From IMG/VR virus record IMGVR_UViG_3300047546_002006, positions 1 to 64,000 of that record: 64,000 nucleotides of DNA, one strand, 5' to 3'. Of this stretch, positions 14,879 to 25,002 are shown piece after piece; within the stretch, counting starts at the first letter, position 1, and each line of letters starts with the position of its first letter. The translations under genes and the position numbers were made by a program. The DNA is from a virus. The notes below the pieces were generated by a model that saw only the letters and a program-made list of their open reading frames with translations, did no database searches and was not told the origin of the DNA.

Positions 14879-17683
14879 ATGGCGCTAGCACCTGCTGATT
14901 TTTACGCTTATAGCCGCGCTACTGGTACGCCAGTTCCAGAAGATCCAGAAGAACGAGCGCAGATGGCGCCTGAGGTGCTTGAATTCCGCCGTAATCAGCT
15001 CAAAGCTCCACAACAAGAATCAAACCCGCTGGCTGCCCTTGGGACTGTAGCTGCAGGTTTAGGTTTATTGGCCGGTGGCTTGTATGCTGCCAAGCGATTT
15101 GGTACTGGTCGTGCTGCTGTAGCCCCTTCTAAGGTGCCAAACCTGACGCAGCAGGGTATTTCTGATGTTAGTGCCGTTGCAAAACAACAAAATGCTGAAC
15201 GTGTACAACGTGAGTTGAGTAAACAACGTCCACAAGGCGTGGTGCAGACAGATCTTGGTTTTGTTGATGAATTACTCAATGATCCAAGTTTACTTTCGCA
15301 AGTTGAGTACCAAGAATTTACCGAAGGTTTAACTGGGCCAGCCCTATCTCAACTTCGTGGCGCTGAATCTAGAGCACGTAATGAGTATCGCGGTTTGGTA
15401 ACAGAGATTGGTGATCAGATTATTGCAGAAGAACGTGCCAAAGTCCAATCACAAACTTTAAGTGCACTGGAGTCTGGCGAAGACCAGATGACAGGTCGTG
15501 TCAAAATGCAACTGTCGCGTAATGAAGATTTAGATTTAAGTCAAATTGAAACGCTTGAAAATATTGCAGAAGAAAATAATGCGCTAATGCGAGAGCAAGC
15601 AGATCCCTCTCAAATGCAAGGATATGTGCCAGACCAAGCAATTAACCAAGCAGCATCTCAGTTACCAGATGGCCCTCCCCTGGACCAAGCGGAAGGAAAA
15701 CGTGTTTTTGATTTGAGTGGGGGCAAATCAAAAATTACTGGAAATATTGTTACGCAAGGTTCAAAACAATATTTTACGGCTTCTCCTAATGTTTTAAATC
15801 AAGGACAAGCTGATGACGCATTAGTGCAAGAAGCAATACGTCATTTGCGAGCTCAAGAAATTGATACTGATTTTGATTATTCGCTAGAAAACAAAATTCA
15901 AGCTGCACAAGTTAACGATCGTATTCAAAGAGCGCAAGCATTACAAAACCAAGCAAATCAAATCCTTTCTGAAATTCAAGCAGAAGCACAACCAGTTACA
16001 CAACAACTATCTCCTGAAGAATTTGCTTCAGCTTTTAATAAGCAATACCGAGAAGAGTTAAATGCTTCATTGCAACTTGTTGATAATGCACGCCAACGTG
16101 CTGAGCAACGTTCTGCACAAACAGAAGCAACAGGCGAAGATCTCGAATCCCTGCTTTTAGGTGAACCTGGAACTATTGAAACCACCATGCAAGGCAAAGC
16201 CCTCCGTGGCGGGAAGCCAAACATTACTGGTGATATTGTTTATCAAAATGATGCAGGGAATTTTGTTACTGCAGATGCCGGATTAAAAACACGTTTAAAT
16301 CAAGGTCAACAATATGAACAACGTGCACGCCGTTTAAATCAACTAAGGTCTGCTTCAGATGAAGAATTAACAGGGTTGTTCTTCCAGGGTCAGCAAGCTA
16401 TTGCAAATAAACAACCCATGACGCAATTAGATTTAGATACAATGAGATTTGCGTCTGAAATTTTGCGCACCAGGGCATTAAAAGAAGTAGAACCTACCCG
16501 TTTGCAACTAGACGCATTAGAACGATCAAAAGCTTCGATTGCAAAATCCCAAGAGATTTTACAAGCTGCTAGAAATTTACGGCCAACCGTTTCCCCTGGA
16601 CCTGCGCAAGATGTTGCACGTTCTATGGAAACACTGCGTCGTGCAATGATTGTTGATCCTTCGGAACCGCTGCCTAGCTATCCATCTGTACAACAACTCA
16701 GGACAGGTTTTATTGATGCAGGTGATTACGCTGAATTAGGGCCAATTGTTGGTGCTCCTGATGTTTATACCGGAGCTGCGGCAGAAGCTGCTGGACCTGT
16801 GATTTTTACTGGCAAAAGCAAAGCTAATACTGTTATTAAACAACCAGATATTACCGGATCCGTCACTACGCCAGTTGGCAAATATTTAACACAAGATAAT
16901 CCAGATGTCCTTGGCACAGTTTATAGAGTTGCCGGTACTCCAGCCAATCGTGCAATTTCGGCACAGGTGGAAGCAAATGCACAAGCATTTTTAGCAGATG
17001 CTCTTACTGGTGGTTTACAACAAAAAACACAACGCGTTCCAGAACCTTATCGAACCCCAGGTACTTATGGGGTTCAACAACTTAATCTTTTAACTCCTCC
17101 TCTTTCTGAAAAAGGTTTCTCCCAGAATCCTCTCGGCCTTACAGGTTCTGCGCCAAGTCAACGTACTTTGTATGCTCAGTATCAACCTGGCCGCAGTGCT
17201 TCAACTCCTTTAAGTCCATTTATTGGCGAGATGCTTGGTGGCACGGTAAATGTTGTACCACCTTCTACTGCTGGTGCTGCAATGCGGCGTGATATTGGCG
17301 CTCCACCCGGCAGTATTGATTTGACGCGGCGTGGCGAACGTGGACGTTACTTCAGCCGCTATCCTGAGCAACCTTTTGTTACGGGTATGGAGCCAGCTCC
17401 AATTGGACCCATCGTTCCTTCACCAGGTTTATCTCGCGTTGGTGGCATGCAACAAAAAACAATTAAAGGTGCCGGTAATTTGCCGATCACTCAATTGACT
17501 ACACAAGGACAAAAGATTTCATATCCACACATGGATCCCCTAGTTAAAGCAACTGGTTTCCGTGGAGAGCAAATTACAAATGTTCCACGTTATGGTATTA
17601 ACCCAGGAGCTGAAGATTGGCGCACGGATTTAATGCGTTCAGAGTTTAGGCGCAGCGGTCCTCTTCGCAGGTATCAAGCGTAA
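14879..17683 (+). CDS. large Gln/Pro-rich putative internal virion protein
   Basis: 934 aa, one N-proximal hydrophobic Gly/Ala helix; TAGAAT promoter at 14837. Confidence 0.6.
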   Translation: MALAPADFYAYSRATGTPVPEDPEERAQMAPEVLEFRRNQLKAPQQESNPLAALGTVAAGLGLLAGGLYAAKRFGTGRAAVAPSKVPNLTQQGISDVSAVAKQQNAERVQRELSKQRPQGVVQTDLGFVDELLNDPSLLSQVEYQEFTEGLTGPALSQLRGAESRARNEYRGLVTEIGDQIIAEERAKVQSQTLSALESGEDQMTGRVKMQLSRNEDLDLSQIETLENIAEENNALMREQADPSQMQGYVPDQAINQAASQLPDGPPLDQAEGKRVFDLSGGKSKITGNIVTQGSKQYFTASPNVLNQGQADDALVQEAIRHLRAQEIDTDFDYSLENKIQAAQVNDRIQRAQALQNQANQILSEIQAEAQPVTQQLSPEEFASAFNKQYREELNASLQLVDNARQRAEQRSAQTEATGEDLESLLLGEPGTIETTMQGKALRGGKPNITGDIVYQNDAGNFVTADAGLKTRLNQGQQYEQRARRLNQLRSASDEELTGLFFQGQQAIANKQPMTQLDLDTMRFASEILRTRALKEVEPTRLQLDALERSKASIAKSQEILQAARNLRPTVSPGPAQDVARSMETLRRAMIVDPSEPLPSYPSVQQLRTGFIDAGDYAELGPIVGAPDVYTGAAAEAAGPVIFTGKSKANTVIKQPDITGSVTTPVGKYLTQDNPDVLGTVYRVAGTPANRAISAQVEANAQAFLADALTGGLQQKTQRVPEPYRTPGTYGVQQLNLLTPPLSEKGFSQNPLGLTGSAPSQRTLYAQYQPGRSASTPLSPFIGEMLGGTVNVVPPSTAGAAMRRDIGAPPGSIDLTRRGERGRYFSRYPEQPFVTGMEPAPIGPIVPSPGLSRVGGMQQKTIKGAGNLPITQLTTQGQKISYPHMDPLVKATGFRGEQITNVPRYGINPGAEDWRTDLMRSEFRRSGPLRRYQA

Positions 17684-17716
17684 TCTTGATAAAATTAAAA
17701 CATCATCTTTAAACTA

Positions 17717-18028
17717 ATGGCTGACGACAAGAAAGACAAAAAGTGGATTCAAGACATGGATATGAAGGAAGGTGCCTTTACTGCTAAAGCACGCCGTAAA
17801 GGCATCACCTCTGCTCAGCTTCAAGAAAACGTATTATCTGATCCAGATAAATACGATGAAAAAACAGTAAAGCAAGCACGGTTGCGTCAAACATTAGTAA
17901 GCTTAAAAAAGAAAAAGAAACGAGGCAAAGGCGTGCAAGGCTCTACGGGCAACACTGGAGCACAAGGTACCACCGGAGCACAAGGTACCACCGGAGCACA
18001 AGATTCAAAACGTAAAGCAGAAAGCTGA
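17717..18028 (+). CDS. small basic protein with collagen-like insert
   Basis: KKWIQ..GAFTAKA..QARLRQTL; GxY repeats. Confidence 0.7.
   Translation: MADDKKDKKWIQDMDMKEGAFTAKARRKGITSAQLQENVLSDPDKYDEKTVKQARLRQTLVSLKKKKKRGKGVQGSTGNTGAQGTTGAQGTTGAQDSKRKAES
17957..18002 (+). repeat. 18-bp tandem repeat x2.5
   Basis: ggagcacaaggtaccacc. Confidence 0.9.
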
Positions 18029-18621
18029 TGGCTAAAGATTATCGTTTAGACCTTGGTCGTTACATTGATTACTCCAAGGATGTTTTTGCCAAAAAGAAAC
18101 AGTTAAATTTTGATGATCTGTTTTCAGCCAAAGCATCAACAGGTGCAGCCCCTTGGATGCCAAGCAGGTTTGAAACGACAGACTTGCTTCGTCGCATTCA
18201 AACGCGTAAGCTAAAACTTAATCCATCTCTTAATTTTGTTGGTGATACACCAGAAGAGTATGAGGTTTTTGCAAATATTGGTAGGTTTACACGTAAAGAA
18301 GGATATGACTTTACAGTTGGCCGCCCACTTACAAAATTAAGGCCGCAAGAACAGCCTGGCTATAGTTCAACCTGGATGGATGCATACAATTTAAGTCCAA
18401 CACTTAAACCTGATGATCGAGTAAGTAATCCAATGCCTCGGTTGAGCAACCCAGATCCCAACGGTTATATTATGGCGGCAGCAGAAAACCGTGCTAAAAA
18501 TGAATTAGAAGGCAATCGATCTGTTGCTCAATTACTTTCCAACAAAACAGAAGATAAGCCAACAGATGGTCCATCAGAAAAATCCGACTATCGCTCGGCA
18601 CCAGAAGCAAAACCAGCTTAA
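18028..18621 (+). CDS. hypothetical protein
   Basis: TGATG overlap. Confidence 0.75.
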   Translation: MAKDYRLDLGRYIDYSKDVFAKKKQLNFDDLFSAKASTGAAPWMPSRFETTDLLRRIQTRKLKLNPSLNFVGDTPEEYEVFANIGRFTRKEGYDFTVGRPLTKLRPQEQPGYSSTWMDAYNLSPTLKPDDRVSNPMPRLSNPDPNGYIMAAAENRAKNELEGNRSVAQLLSNKTEDKPTDGPSEKSDYRSAPEAKPA

Positions 18622-18667
18622 TTATTTAATACCCACACTTTATAATAATTAAAAAGGAAATGGATAA

Positions 18668-19258
18668 GTGAGCTTTCTGCGCCGCCTGAATCTTGCCGGA
18701 CGTAACGCACCAACGTCCTTTTCGCCTGCTCAGTTGATGTCTCAAGTGGCCAAACCCTCTTTAACGAGTGGTGCTTATTCAGGTGGCTTATCACTGTTGT
18801 TGGGTGCTAATCCCATACAAGCACTTGCTGCCGGTGCCGTTGATGCTGGTGCGTCTGCAGCTTCTCTAGGTTTATTGCGTAAATTAAATCCCAAATCTTA
18901 TGGACAACGTACGTTAATTGATACTAAAACCGGTGAAAAAATAACACAAGAAATTACCCATCCTTTAGAGACACCTCTTAATGTTGCTACAAGTATTGGT
19001 GTGAATTTTTTAGCAGGCCCTCTTATCTATGGAGGCGGACAAAAAGAGCAAATTTCTCAACAAATCGAACAGCGCTCTCTTGTAAATCAAACACCCATTA
19101 ATCAACAACTTGTTTCCCCTGGCACGCAATTCCAAATGGCTGGGTTACCCGATGCAAGTCAATTCGAGCAACTTCTTAACCAACGTGGCAATTGGACTCA
19201 ATATCTGAGCCCAGAAGATCAGGCCTTAATTGCCGGCGTTGTTTCACCAAGGTTGTGA
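18668..19258 (+). CDS. putative internal/ejection protein
   Basis: Gly/Ala hydrophobic segments. Confidence 0.55.
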   Translation: MSFLRRLNLAGRNAPTSFSPAQLMSQVAKPSLTSGAYSGGLSLLLGANPIQALAAGAVDAGASAASLGLLRKLNPKSYGQRTLIDTKTGEKITQEITHPLETPLNVATSIGVNFLAGPLIYGGGQKEQISQQIEQRSLVNQTPINQQLVSPGTQFQMAGLPDASQFEQLLNQRGNWTQYLSPEDQALIAGVVSPRL

Positions 19259-19259
19259 T

Positions 19260-20222
19260 ATGTTTCAAGAGTTTCTTAACAAATTAACAACAGGTGCACG
19301 TAAAAGTGCAGAGGCATCAAAACGTGCAGCTTCCTACGATCCTGATCTGCCTGCCGGCATTAAACAAGATGTTGAACGCAATCCAACTATTCTTAAAAGT
19401 ATTCCTGGCTTGCGTGGTCGTTACCATGACGAGCTACGTGCTCTTGGTGTCTCGTTAAAAGAAACACCTATCGAAGCAGCCGGTGCATTTGGCACTCGTT
19501 TGCTTACTGATTTAACCAATGACGGTACACGCGGCATTTACTGGCGTTACAACCATCCCCTTGCCTGGTTAGAAGAGGGTGCTAAAGCAGCAATTGGCGA
19601 GAAGGCATATAAAGAACTTGGCCCCACAAAAACCGGTCTTATTGTCGGTGCTGGTGTTGCATTACCTGCCACTGCATTAACAGGCGCATACGACATCTTG
19701 AATCCAGGGGAGATGTTTCGCCCCAAAGGATTTGCTCAAGGTTATGCAGAAGAAGGTTCACAAGATCGTAGAGAAACATCGCAACCTGTACCAGAGTTAT
19801 TTGAACGTTTCTTCCTTGGACGCACTGGCCGCCCATTAAGTTATGAAACAGCAAAAGAAGATATTCCTTCTTTAACGCCAGAGCGTTATGGTAACTATCT
19901 GCGTAATTATTATCAAGACCATGGATTTATGGGTCTTGTAAAAGCAACTCCAGAAAATCTGCAAGGTGTACCAGAAGCTCGAGTTCTTGGTTATCCAGTT
20001 ACTATTCCATCTGTGACTACAGCGGTTGGTGGTATTGCTGGTGCAGCATTATCCATTCGTACTGCACCAACGGTTAAGAATGCATTCCGTCGTGGCCTTG
20101 CTGGCGCTGCTGCAGGTTCTGCTGCTGGTGCAATGGTAGGTAATCTTGCCAATGCAGTATTAGCATCAAAAGCAACACAACAGACCATGCCTACCACTGC
20201 TCAGTATGAAATGATGCAGTGA
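19260..20222 (+). CDS. putative internal/ejection protein
   Basis: glycine-zipper segments; start trimmed to MFQEF. Confidence 0.55.
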   Translation: MFQEFLNKLTTGARKSAEASKRAASYDPDLPAGIKQDVERNPTILKSIPGLRGRYHDELRALGVSLKETPIEAAGAFGTRLLTDLTNDGTRGIYWRYNHPLAWLEEGAKAAIGEKAYKELGPTKTGLIVGAGVALPATALTGAYDILNPGEMFRPKGFAQGYAEEGSQDRRETSQPVPELFERFFLGRTGRPLSYETAKEDIPSLTPERYGNYLRNYYQDHGFMGLVKATPENLQGVPEARVLGYPVTIPSVTTAVGGIAGAALSIRTAPTVKNAFRRGLAGAAAGSAAGAMVGNLANAVLASKATQQTMPTTAQYEMMQ

Positions 20223-20252
20223 TAGAATTTATAAAAAAGGTAGAGTGTTGAA

Positions 20253-21212
20253 GTGCTTAATCCTTACGCATCTTACGGAATTACGCCTAATTTTCAATTA
20301 GGAACGACAGGATCTTTTGCTCCACAGCCTGGCATGTTCGCTGGTGGTGCAGCACCTTCTGTACGTCTTGATCCACGAGCACAACAAGTTTTGGCAGATC
20401 AATCAGCAGCTGCAGGCGCTGTTAATCTTGGTGGTATTGCAGGTGGTCCTCAAGCACCTCAACCTGGTACCGGCCAACGCATTCGAGAAGGGCTTCAGAC
20501 AGCGAAAGGTAAGGGACAAGAATTTTTAAATGCGTTTCTTCAGGGTGCCTCTGCCCTGCCAGTTGGCCGTATTGGTGCAGCTGCTGGAATGATTTCACCA
20601 GCCATTACAGCTATCGGGGAAGCAACTGAAGGCCGTCCAGTCGGTGCTCTGGGTGCCATTGGTGGTGGTGCCGCTGGTGTCGGTCTTGGCGCCGCCGCAG
20701 CCCGCTTAATTCCTGGCCGTCTGGGTAAGATTGCTGGTGCTGTTCTTCCCACTGTGGGCGGTATGATCGGCGCTCCTACAGGCGCTCAAGCGGCTGAGTC
20801 CATTCGTCAAAAAGCAACAGGTGAGCCCACCAAAGGTAAAGAGGGTGAGTTCAGTACTCAAATGGCAATGGCTCAGCAAATCAATGAGTTAGGTGCCACG
20901 CAATATCGCGATCAGATGGGTACATATACAAGTGCTCTTAAAGATCTTTCCAAACATTATTCTGATCAACAGTATTACGATCTGCAGCGCAATATGCCGC
21001 TGATCGAAAAAATGAAGAACTCTGAGCTTGTTCGTCAGCAAGCCCTTAATGCACACATGGCGCAACAACAGGCCATGCTTGGTACTTTGGCAACTGCAGG
21101 TGCCCTGGCACAAGGTGCACAAGCTGAGTCTGGTGCAACACTCCGCACAGCATTAACATCTGCTCCATATGCAGGCGCTGTACTGCAAGCTCCCCAAATT
21201 CGCTTTGGTTGA
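20253..21212 (+). CDS. glycine-zipper putative ejection protein
   Basis: GALGAIGGGAAGVGLG, Gln-rich helical C-terminus. Confidence 0.55.
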   Translation: MLNPYASYGITPNFQLGTTGSFAPQPGMFAGGAAPSVRLDPRAQQVLADQSAAAGAVNLGGIAGGPQAPQPGTGQRIREGLQTAKGKGQEFLNAFLQGASALPVGRIGAAAGMISPAITAIGEATEGRPVGALGAIGGGAAGVGLGAAAARLIPGRLGKIAGAVLPTVGGMIGAPTGAQAAESIRQKATGEPTKGKEGEFSTQMAMAQQINELGATQYRDQMGTYTSALKDLSKHYSDQQYYDLQRNMPLIEKMKNSELVRQQALNAHMAQQQAMLGTLATAGALAQGAQAESGATLRTALTSAPYAGAVLQAPQIRFG

Positions 21213-21214
21213 TC

Positions 21215-21736
21215 ATGGCACCACGCAACTTTTTTGAGAAACCAAATGCATTGAGCTGGGTGAACTACTACGGTTCTCAGGAACCCCAGGTCACCATGCG
21301 GGATTTTACCCCGCAACAAACACCTGCTGCAACCACGCCACAACTATGGAATGGTGAAATTCCAGTAGCTGGGCAAACATCTACCGGCAATGCATATCAA
21401 CGGGTAATGTCACAGTTGCCACCAGAGTTATTTGGTGATGACAAAGACCCAATGTCCAAATTAATGCGTTGGTCAATCTTCCGCGATATGTATGAAAATG
21501 ATCCAGAGATCATTCGTCAACGTGGACAGATTTATGGTGACATCATGAATCAAATGGCAGATAAAGCAAATGCTCGTGCCATGCAAAGCAATCTTTTTGC
21601 TGGTCTATTAAGCCTGCCAAAACAATTTGCTACAGCAGCTGAACGTCGCCTGGAGTACCTGCCTTATCAGTTACAGGTTGCTCAACCGCCGCAAAACTCT
21701 AGTTTTGTAACCAGGCAATACGCAACTGTTGTTTAA
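21215..21736 (+). CDS. hypothetical virion-associated protein
   Basis: ORF in block. Confidence 0.6.
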   Translation: MAPRNFFEKPNALSWVNYYGSQEPQVTMRDFTPQQTPAATTPQLWNGEIPVAGQTSTGNAYQRVMSQLPPELFGDDKDPMSKLMRWSIFRDMYENDPEIIRQRGQIYGDIMNQMADKANARAMQSNLFAGLLSLPKQFATAAERRLEYLPYQLQVAQPPQNSSFVTRQYATVV

Positions 21737-21767
21737 TCTTTTATGTTAATCTAAAAGAAAAATAATC

Positions 21768-22187
21768 ATGGACTTAGGAAGTATTCTTTCTGGCATTAGT
21801 CAATACGGAGCAATTCCAGATCAACCAACAATTAATTCTTTTCCTTTAGCTAAAGGTGCTACTGGTGGCTTTGGTTTGTTTGGTGGCTACAATCCAATGC
21901 AGATGGCTGGCATGCTAGGCATTGGCCAGTTTGGTGCTCAGCTTGCGGGTCAAGAAGCAGCCGGTAAATCTGGACAAGCGGGTTTGGATACCATGGCTGA
22001 CTTACGTGATATTGATTTTGGTACAGATCTTTTTGCTGCAAATAAAGATATTTTTGAACAAAGAGATATGCCACGGTTTTTTGATAAGTACCGTGCCACT
22101 AATCCTTTCTATCGTCAAAATCAACTACGCCAAAATCTGCCAGATCTCGCTGGACGCTATGGTCGCTTTGGTGCCTTCGTCGCTTAA
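21768..22187 (+). CDS. Gly-rich hypothetical virion-associated protein
   Basis: ORF in block. Confidence 0.6.
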   Translation: MDLGSILSGISQYGAIPDQPTINSFPLAKGATGGFGLFGGYNPMQMAGMLGIGQFGAQLAGQEAAGKSGQAGLDTMADLRDIDFGTDLFAANKDIFEQRDMPRFFDKYRATNPFYRQNQLRQNLPDLAGRYGRFGAFVA

Positions 22188-22226
22188 ATTTTTACAGTTA
22201 AAATATACATAATATGAGTATCAAAT

Positions 22227-22922
22227 ATGGCTTTTAGTTTAGGTGGCTTCCTAGGTGGCGCAGGCTCTGGTGCAGCAGCGGGCTCTACCTTTGGTCCAAT
22301 TGGTACTGCAATCGGCGCAATCGGTGGTGGCCTGTTTGGTGGCATCGGTGGATCCGGTCAAACACCACAATACCAACCAACTGAATTACAAAAAGATTTA
22401 ACAAGCTACGGGCAAAAACAAGTTAAAGCAACTCGCGCAACACAAGATCGTATTATTAGCGAATACGAATCGATGATACGCGCGGGTAACCGTGGTGCGG
22501 CAGAGAATTTCCTAGAGCAATATGTAAATCGTTACTCCAATTCCAAGCCTTTTGAAAAAGCATTGGCAAAGAGCTATCAGCAAGATATTGATTACAGCCA
22601 AGGTAGTTATTGGAATGAAGCAAACGAATTGTACAAACAACAAAACTTAGGATTTAGCCCTGAAGATTTTGCTTCCTTTGCTGACCGGGCCAGGGGGCTC
22701 AATATCCGTAGTCCACAGGCTTTTAGTGATATGTTAAAACAGCAGTTAATTGCAGGGGGCAAGGTGATGACCCCGCAACAAGAGCAATTAAGCCTGGTAT
22801 TTGGAGATCCATATCGTGATGAAACGGGACGTTATAGAAACTATTATCAAGCCCTGCGAACATCTACCAAACCTGGCTTTGTTTCAAAATTTGAAACTTC
22901 TCAACTAGCACCAACTACATAA
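22227..22922 (+). CDS. N-terminal glycine-zipper putative ejection protein
   Basis: GAGSGAAAGSTFGPIGTAIGAIGGGLFG. Confidence 0.6.
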   Translation: MAFSLGGFLGGAGSGAAAGSTFGPIGTAIGAIGGGLFGGIGGSGQTPQYQPTELQKDLTSYGQKQVKATRATQDRIISEYESMIRAGNRGAAENFLEQYVNRYSNSKPFEKALAKSYQQDIDYSQGSYWNEANELYKQQNLGFSPEDFASFADRARGLNIRSPQAFSDMLKQQLIAGGKVMTPQQEQLSLVFGDPYRDETGRYRNYYQALRTSTKPGFVSKFETSQLAPTT

Positions 22923-22950
22923 TAAAATTAATATAACAAAGAGAGTTGAC

Positions 22951-23829
22951 ATGGCCAAGTGGAAACGAGAATTACAAGAACTTTCTTTAGGTGGTTTAAG
23001 CCATGAAGAATACGATCAGTTTAAAACTTCTTATGGTAACGTATCGGCAGACAAGCTAAATGCTTTTGCCTTAAAAAAGAATATTCTTTTTCCCTCTGGA
23101 AGTACAACCACTACTACACCAACATATCAAGGAGGAGGCACCACTACAACAAGCGGAGATACCACTACAAGTGGAAATGCTTCTGGCATTGCTCCCAGTG
23201 GATATGCCACAAATCTTCAAAACCAGTATGATTATGAGCTCGGTTTAATTAACGCACAAGGTGAATATTCCGTAAGGGCTGCTGATATTGCGGCAAATGC
23301 ACAGCTTAGTTCTACGCAAACTAGAGCTGAGGCCGATAAAGAAATTAATCGTGCCCGAACTGAAGCTGATCGATATGCGGCAGAACTTGGCTTAAAAGGA
23401 ATTGAGTCCCAAACCTCTGCACAACGTTATCTTGGTGAGCTTGGATTAAAAGGCACACAACTTCAAACAGACGCTCAGCGTTATCTTGGTGAGTTAGGCT
23501 TACAAGGTACACAACTTCAAACAGACGCGCAACGTTATCTCGGTGAGTTAGGTTTACAAGGTACTAAATATTCTGCTGATAAAGAATCAGAGTGGCGCAA
23601 GGCAGTTGCTGGAATTGAAGTAGAAGGTCGATTAAATCTCCAGCCAATTATCAATGCTGGCCTTGCACGTGTTGCTGAGATTGAAGGTGCAGCCGCTCGT
23701 GATGTTGCTGAAACAACCGGTCGTTATAGCCTGGAGTCCATGCGCACACGCTCTGAAGCAGACAAAGCCATCGGCAAAATGCAGCTCGCTGGCGCGCAGT
23801 ATGGATTAATTGGTTCAGTATTTGGTTAA
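22951..23829 (+). CDS. putative DNA pilot/ejection protein with 18-aa helical repeats
   Basis: AQRYLGELGLxGTQLQTD, 54-nt period. Confidence 0.6.
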   Translation: MAKWKRELQELSLGGLSHEEYDQFKTSYGNVSADKLNAFALKKNILFPSGSTTTTTPTYQGGGTTTTSGDTTTSGNASGIAPSGYATNLQNQYDYELGLINAQGEYSVRAADIAANAQLSSTQTRAEADKEINRARTEADRYAAELGLKGIESQTSAQRYLGELGLKGTQLQTDAQRYLGELGLQGTQLQTDAQRYLGELGLQGTKYSADKESEWRKAVAGIEVEGRLNLQPIINAGLARVAEIEGAAARDVAETTGRYSLESMRTRSEADKAIGKMQLAGAQYGLIGSVFG

Positions 23830-23867
23830 TTTGCTATAAAATATAGAGAGATTAACGGGCATTATCT

Positions 23868-24047
23868 ATGACAGCTTCTGTGCCTGCTGGCCAAAGTGCT
23901 GCAGACGACTATTTTAATATCGATCGTTTTCAGCAGCTTTTAGACAAGCTGGAGGCCTCTAAAGGTCGTCAAACACGTCAAAAATCCGTAGAGGGTCGAC
24001 GCGATGTGTTTGCCCAAGGCCTTGCCAGCATGATGAGCAACTTCTGA
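23868..24047 (+). CDS. 59-aa protein, tandem copy 1 (not in ORF track)
   Basis: MTASVPAGQSAADDYFNIDRFQQLLDKLEASKGRQTRQKSVEGRRDVFAQGLASMMSNF. Confidence 0.85.
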   Translation: MTASVPAGQSAADDYFNIDRFQQLLDKLEASKGRQTRQKSVEGRRDVFAQGLASMMSNF

Positions 24048-24058
24048 TTTAACTAGCC

Positions 24059-24238
24059 ATGACATCTTCTGTACCTACTGGTCAAACCGAAGCAGACGAT
24101 TATTTTAATATTGATCGCTTCCAGCAACTCCTCGATAAATTAGAGGCTTCCAAGGGTCGTCAAACACGCCAAAAGTCGATTGAAGGTCGTCGTGACGTGT
24201 TTGCCCAAGGTCTTGCCAGCATGATGAGCAACTTCTGA
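24059..24238 (+). CDS. 59-aa protein, tandem copy 2 (not in ORF track)
   Basis: MTSSVPTGQTEADDYFNIDRFQQLLDKLEASKGRQTRQKSIEGRRDVFAQGLASMMSNF. Confidence 0.85.
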   Translation: MTSSVPTGQTEADDYFNIDRFQQLLDKLEASKGRQTRQKSIEGRRDVFAQGLASMMSNF

Positions 24239-24249
24239 TTTAAATCCCA

Positions 24250-24498
24250 ATGACATCCAGCGTTCCCACTGGTCAGCTAGATACTGATGACTGGTTTGAT
24301 CTAGATAAATACAAACAAGCTGCTGAAGTAGCTTATAGTTTCTCTAAGAAAAAAATGGAGACTGCTGGTGAACAGGAACGCGAAACCATTGGAAAAGGAG
24401 CAGAAGAACAGCGCACTTCCGCAGAGCAAGGGCAACAGTTCCGTCAAGCAGACGAAGCAAGGGATTACAACCAAGCCCAACGAGCTTATCGATATTGA
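24250..24498 (+). CDS. small protein sharing N-terminus with the tandem pair
   Basis: MTSSVPTGQLDTDDWFDLDKY. Confidence 0.75.
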   Translation: MTSSVPTGQLDTDDWFDLDKYKQAAEVAYSFSKKKMETAGEQERETIGKGAEEQRTSAEQGQQFRQADEARDYNQAQRAYRY

Positions 24499-24988
24499 GT
24501 TATTTGACCAATGGGTTGATAACTTAACTTGCTCAGAACAAGAAGCGTTTACTTCTTTTTCTGCCAGCAATTATTCAATTATTGAAGCCTTCCTTTATGC
24601 CCGGTTCCTTGGGTATAGAGGAAGCATTGTTGCTTGTGAAGCTTGGGTTAATGATCGGTATCCCAAGCCCGATCATCGTAAAACCCTGCTGTATGAAATT
24701 GAAGAGATGCAAGAAGACATTCGCAAGCTTCGCAGTGATGTGGATGAAGGTCTTGTTAAGCGTGATGCTGGTGTTGCACGAATTGCTTCTATGCAAAAAG
24801 AATTACGCGGCACCATTGCACAGATTGAACAGTTTGTTAATAACCGTGATCGCAAAGGTTTATTGATGGCAGGTGCTGATCGTGCCATTCGTGAATTACT
24901 TTCTGTGTTTAAAGACGATCCAATTGAAATTCCTCTGGAAGAAGCTTCGATGAGCGTCTGGGCTAAAATACAATTTGATGAAGGTTAA
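24368..24988 (+). CDS. helical protein, candidate terminase small subunit
   Basis: position upstream of TerL, coiled coil; start uncertain. Confidence 0.45.
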   Translation: MNRNAKPLEKEQKNSALPQSKGNSSVKQTKQGITTKPNELIDIELFDQWVDNLTCSEQEAFTSFSASNYSIIEAFLYARFLGYRGSIVACEAWVNDRYPKPDHRKTLLYEIEEMQEDIRKLRSDVDEGLVKRDAGVARIASMQKELRGTIAQIEQFVNNRDRKGLLMAGADRAIRELLSVFKDDPIEIPLEEASMSVWAKIQFDEG

Positions 24989-25002
24989 CTTAAAGTAGAT
25001 AC

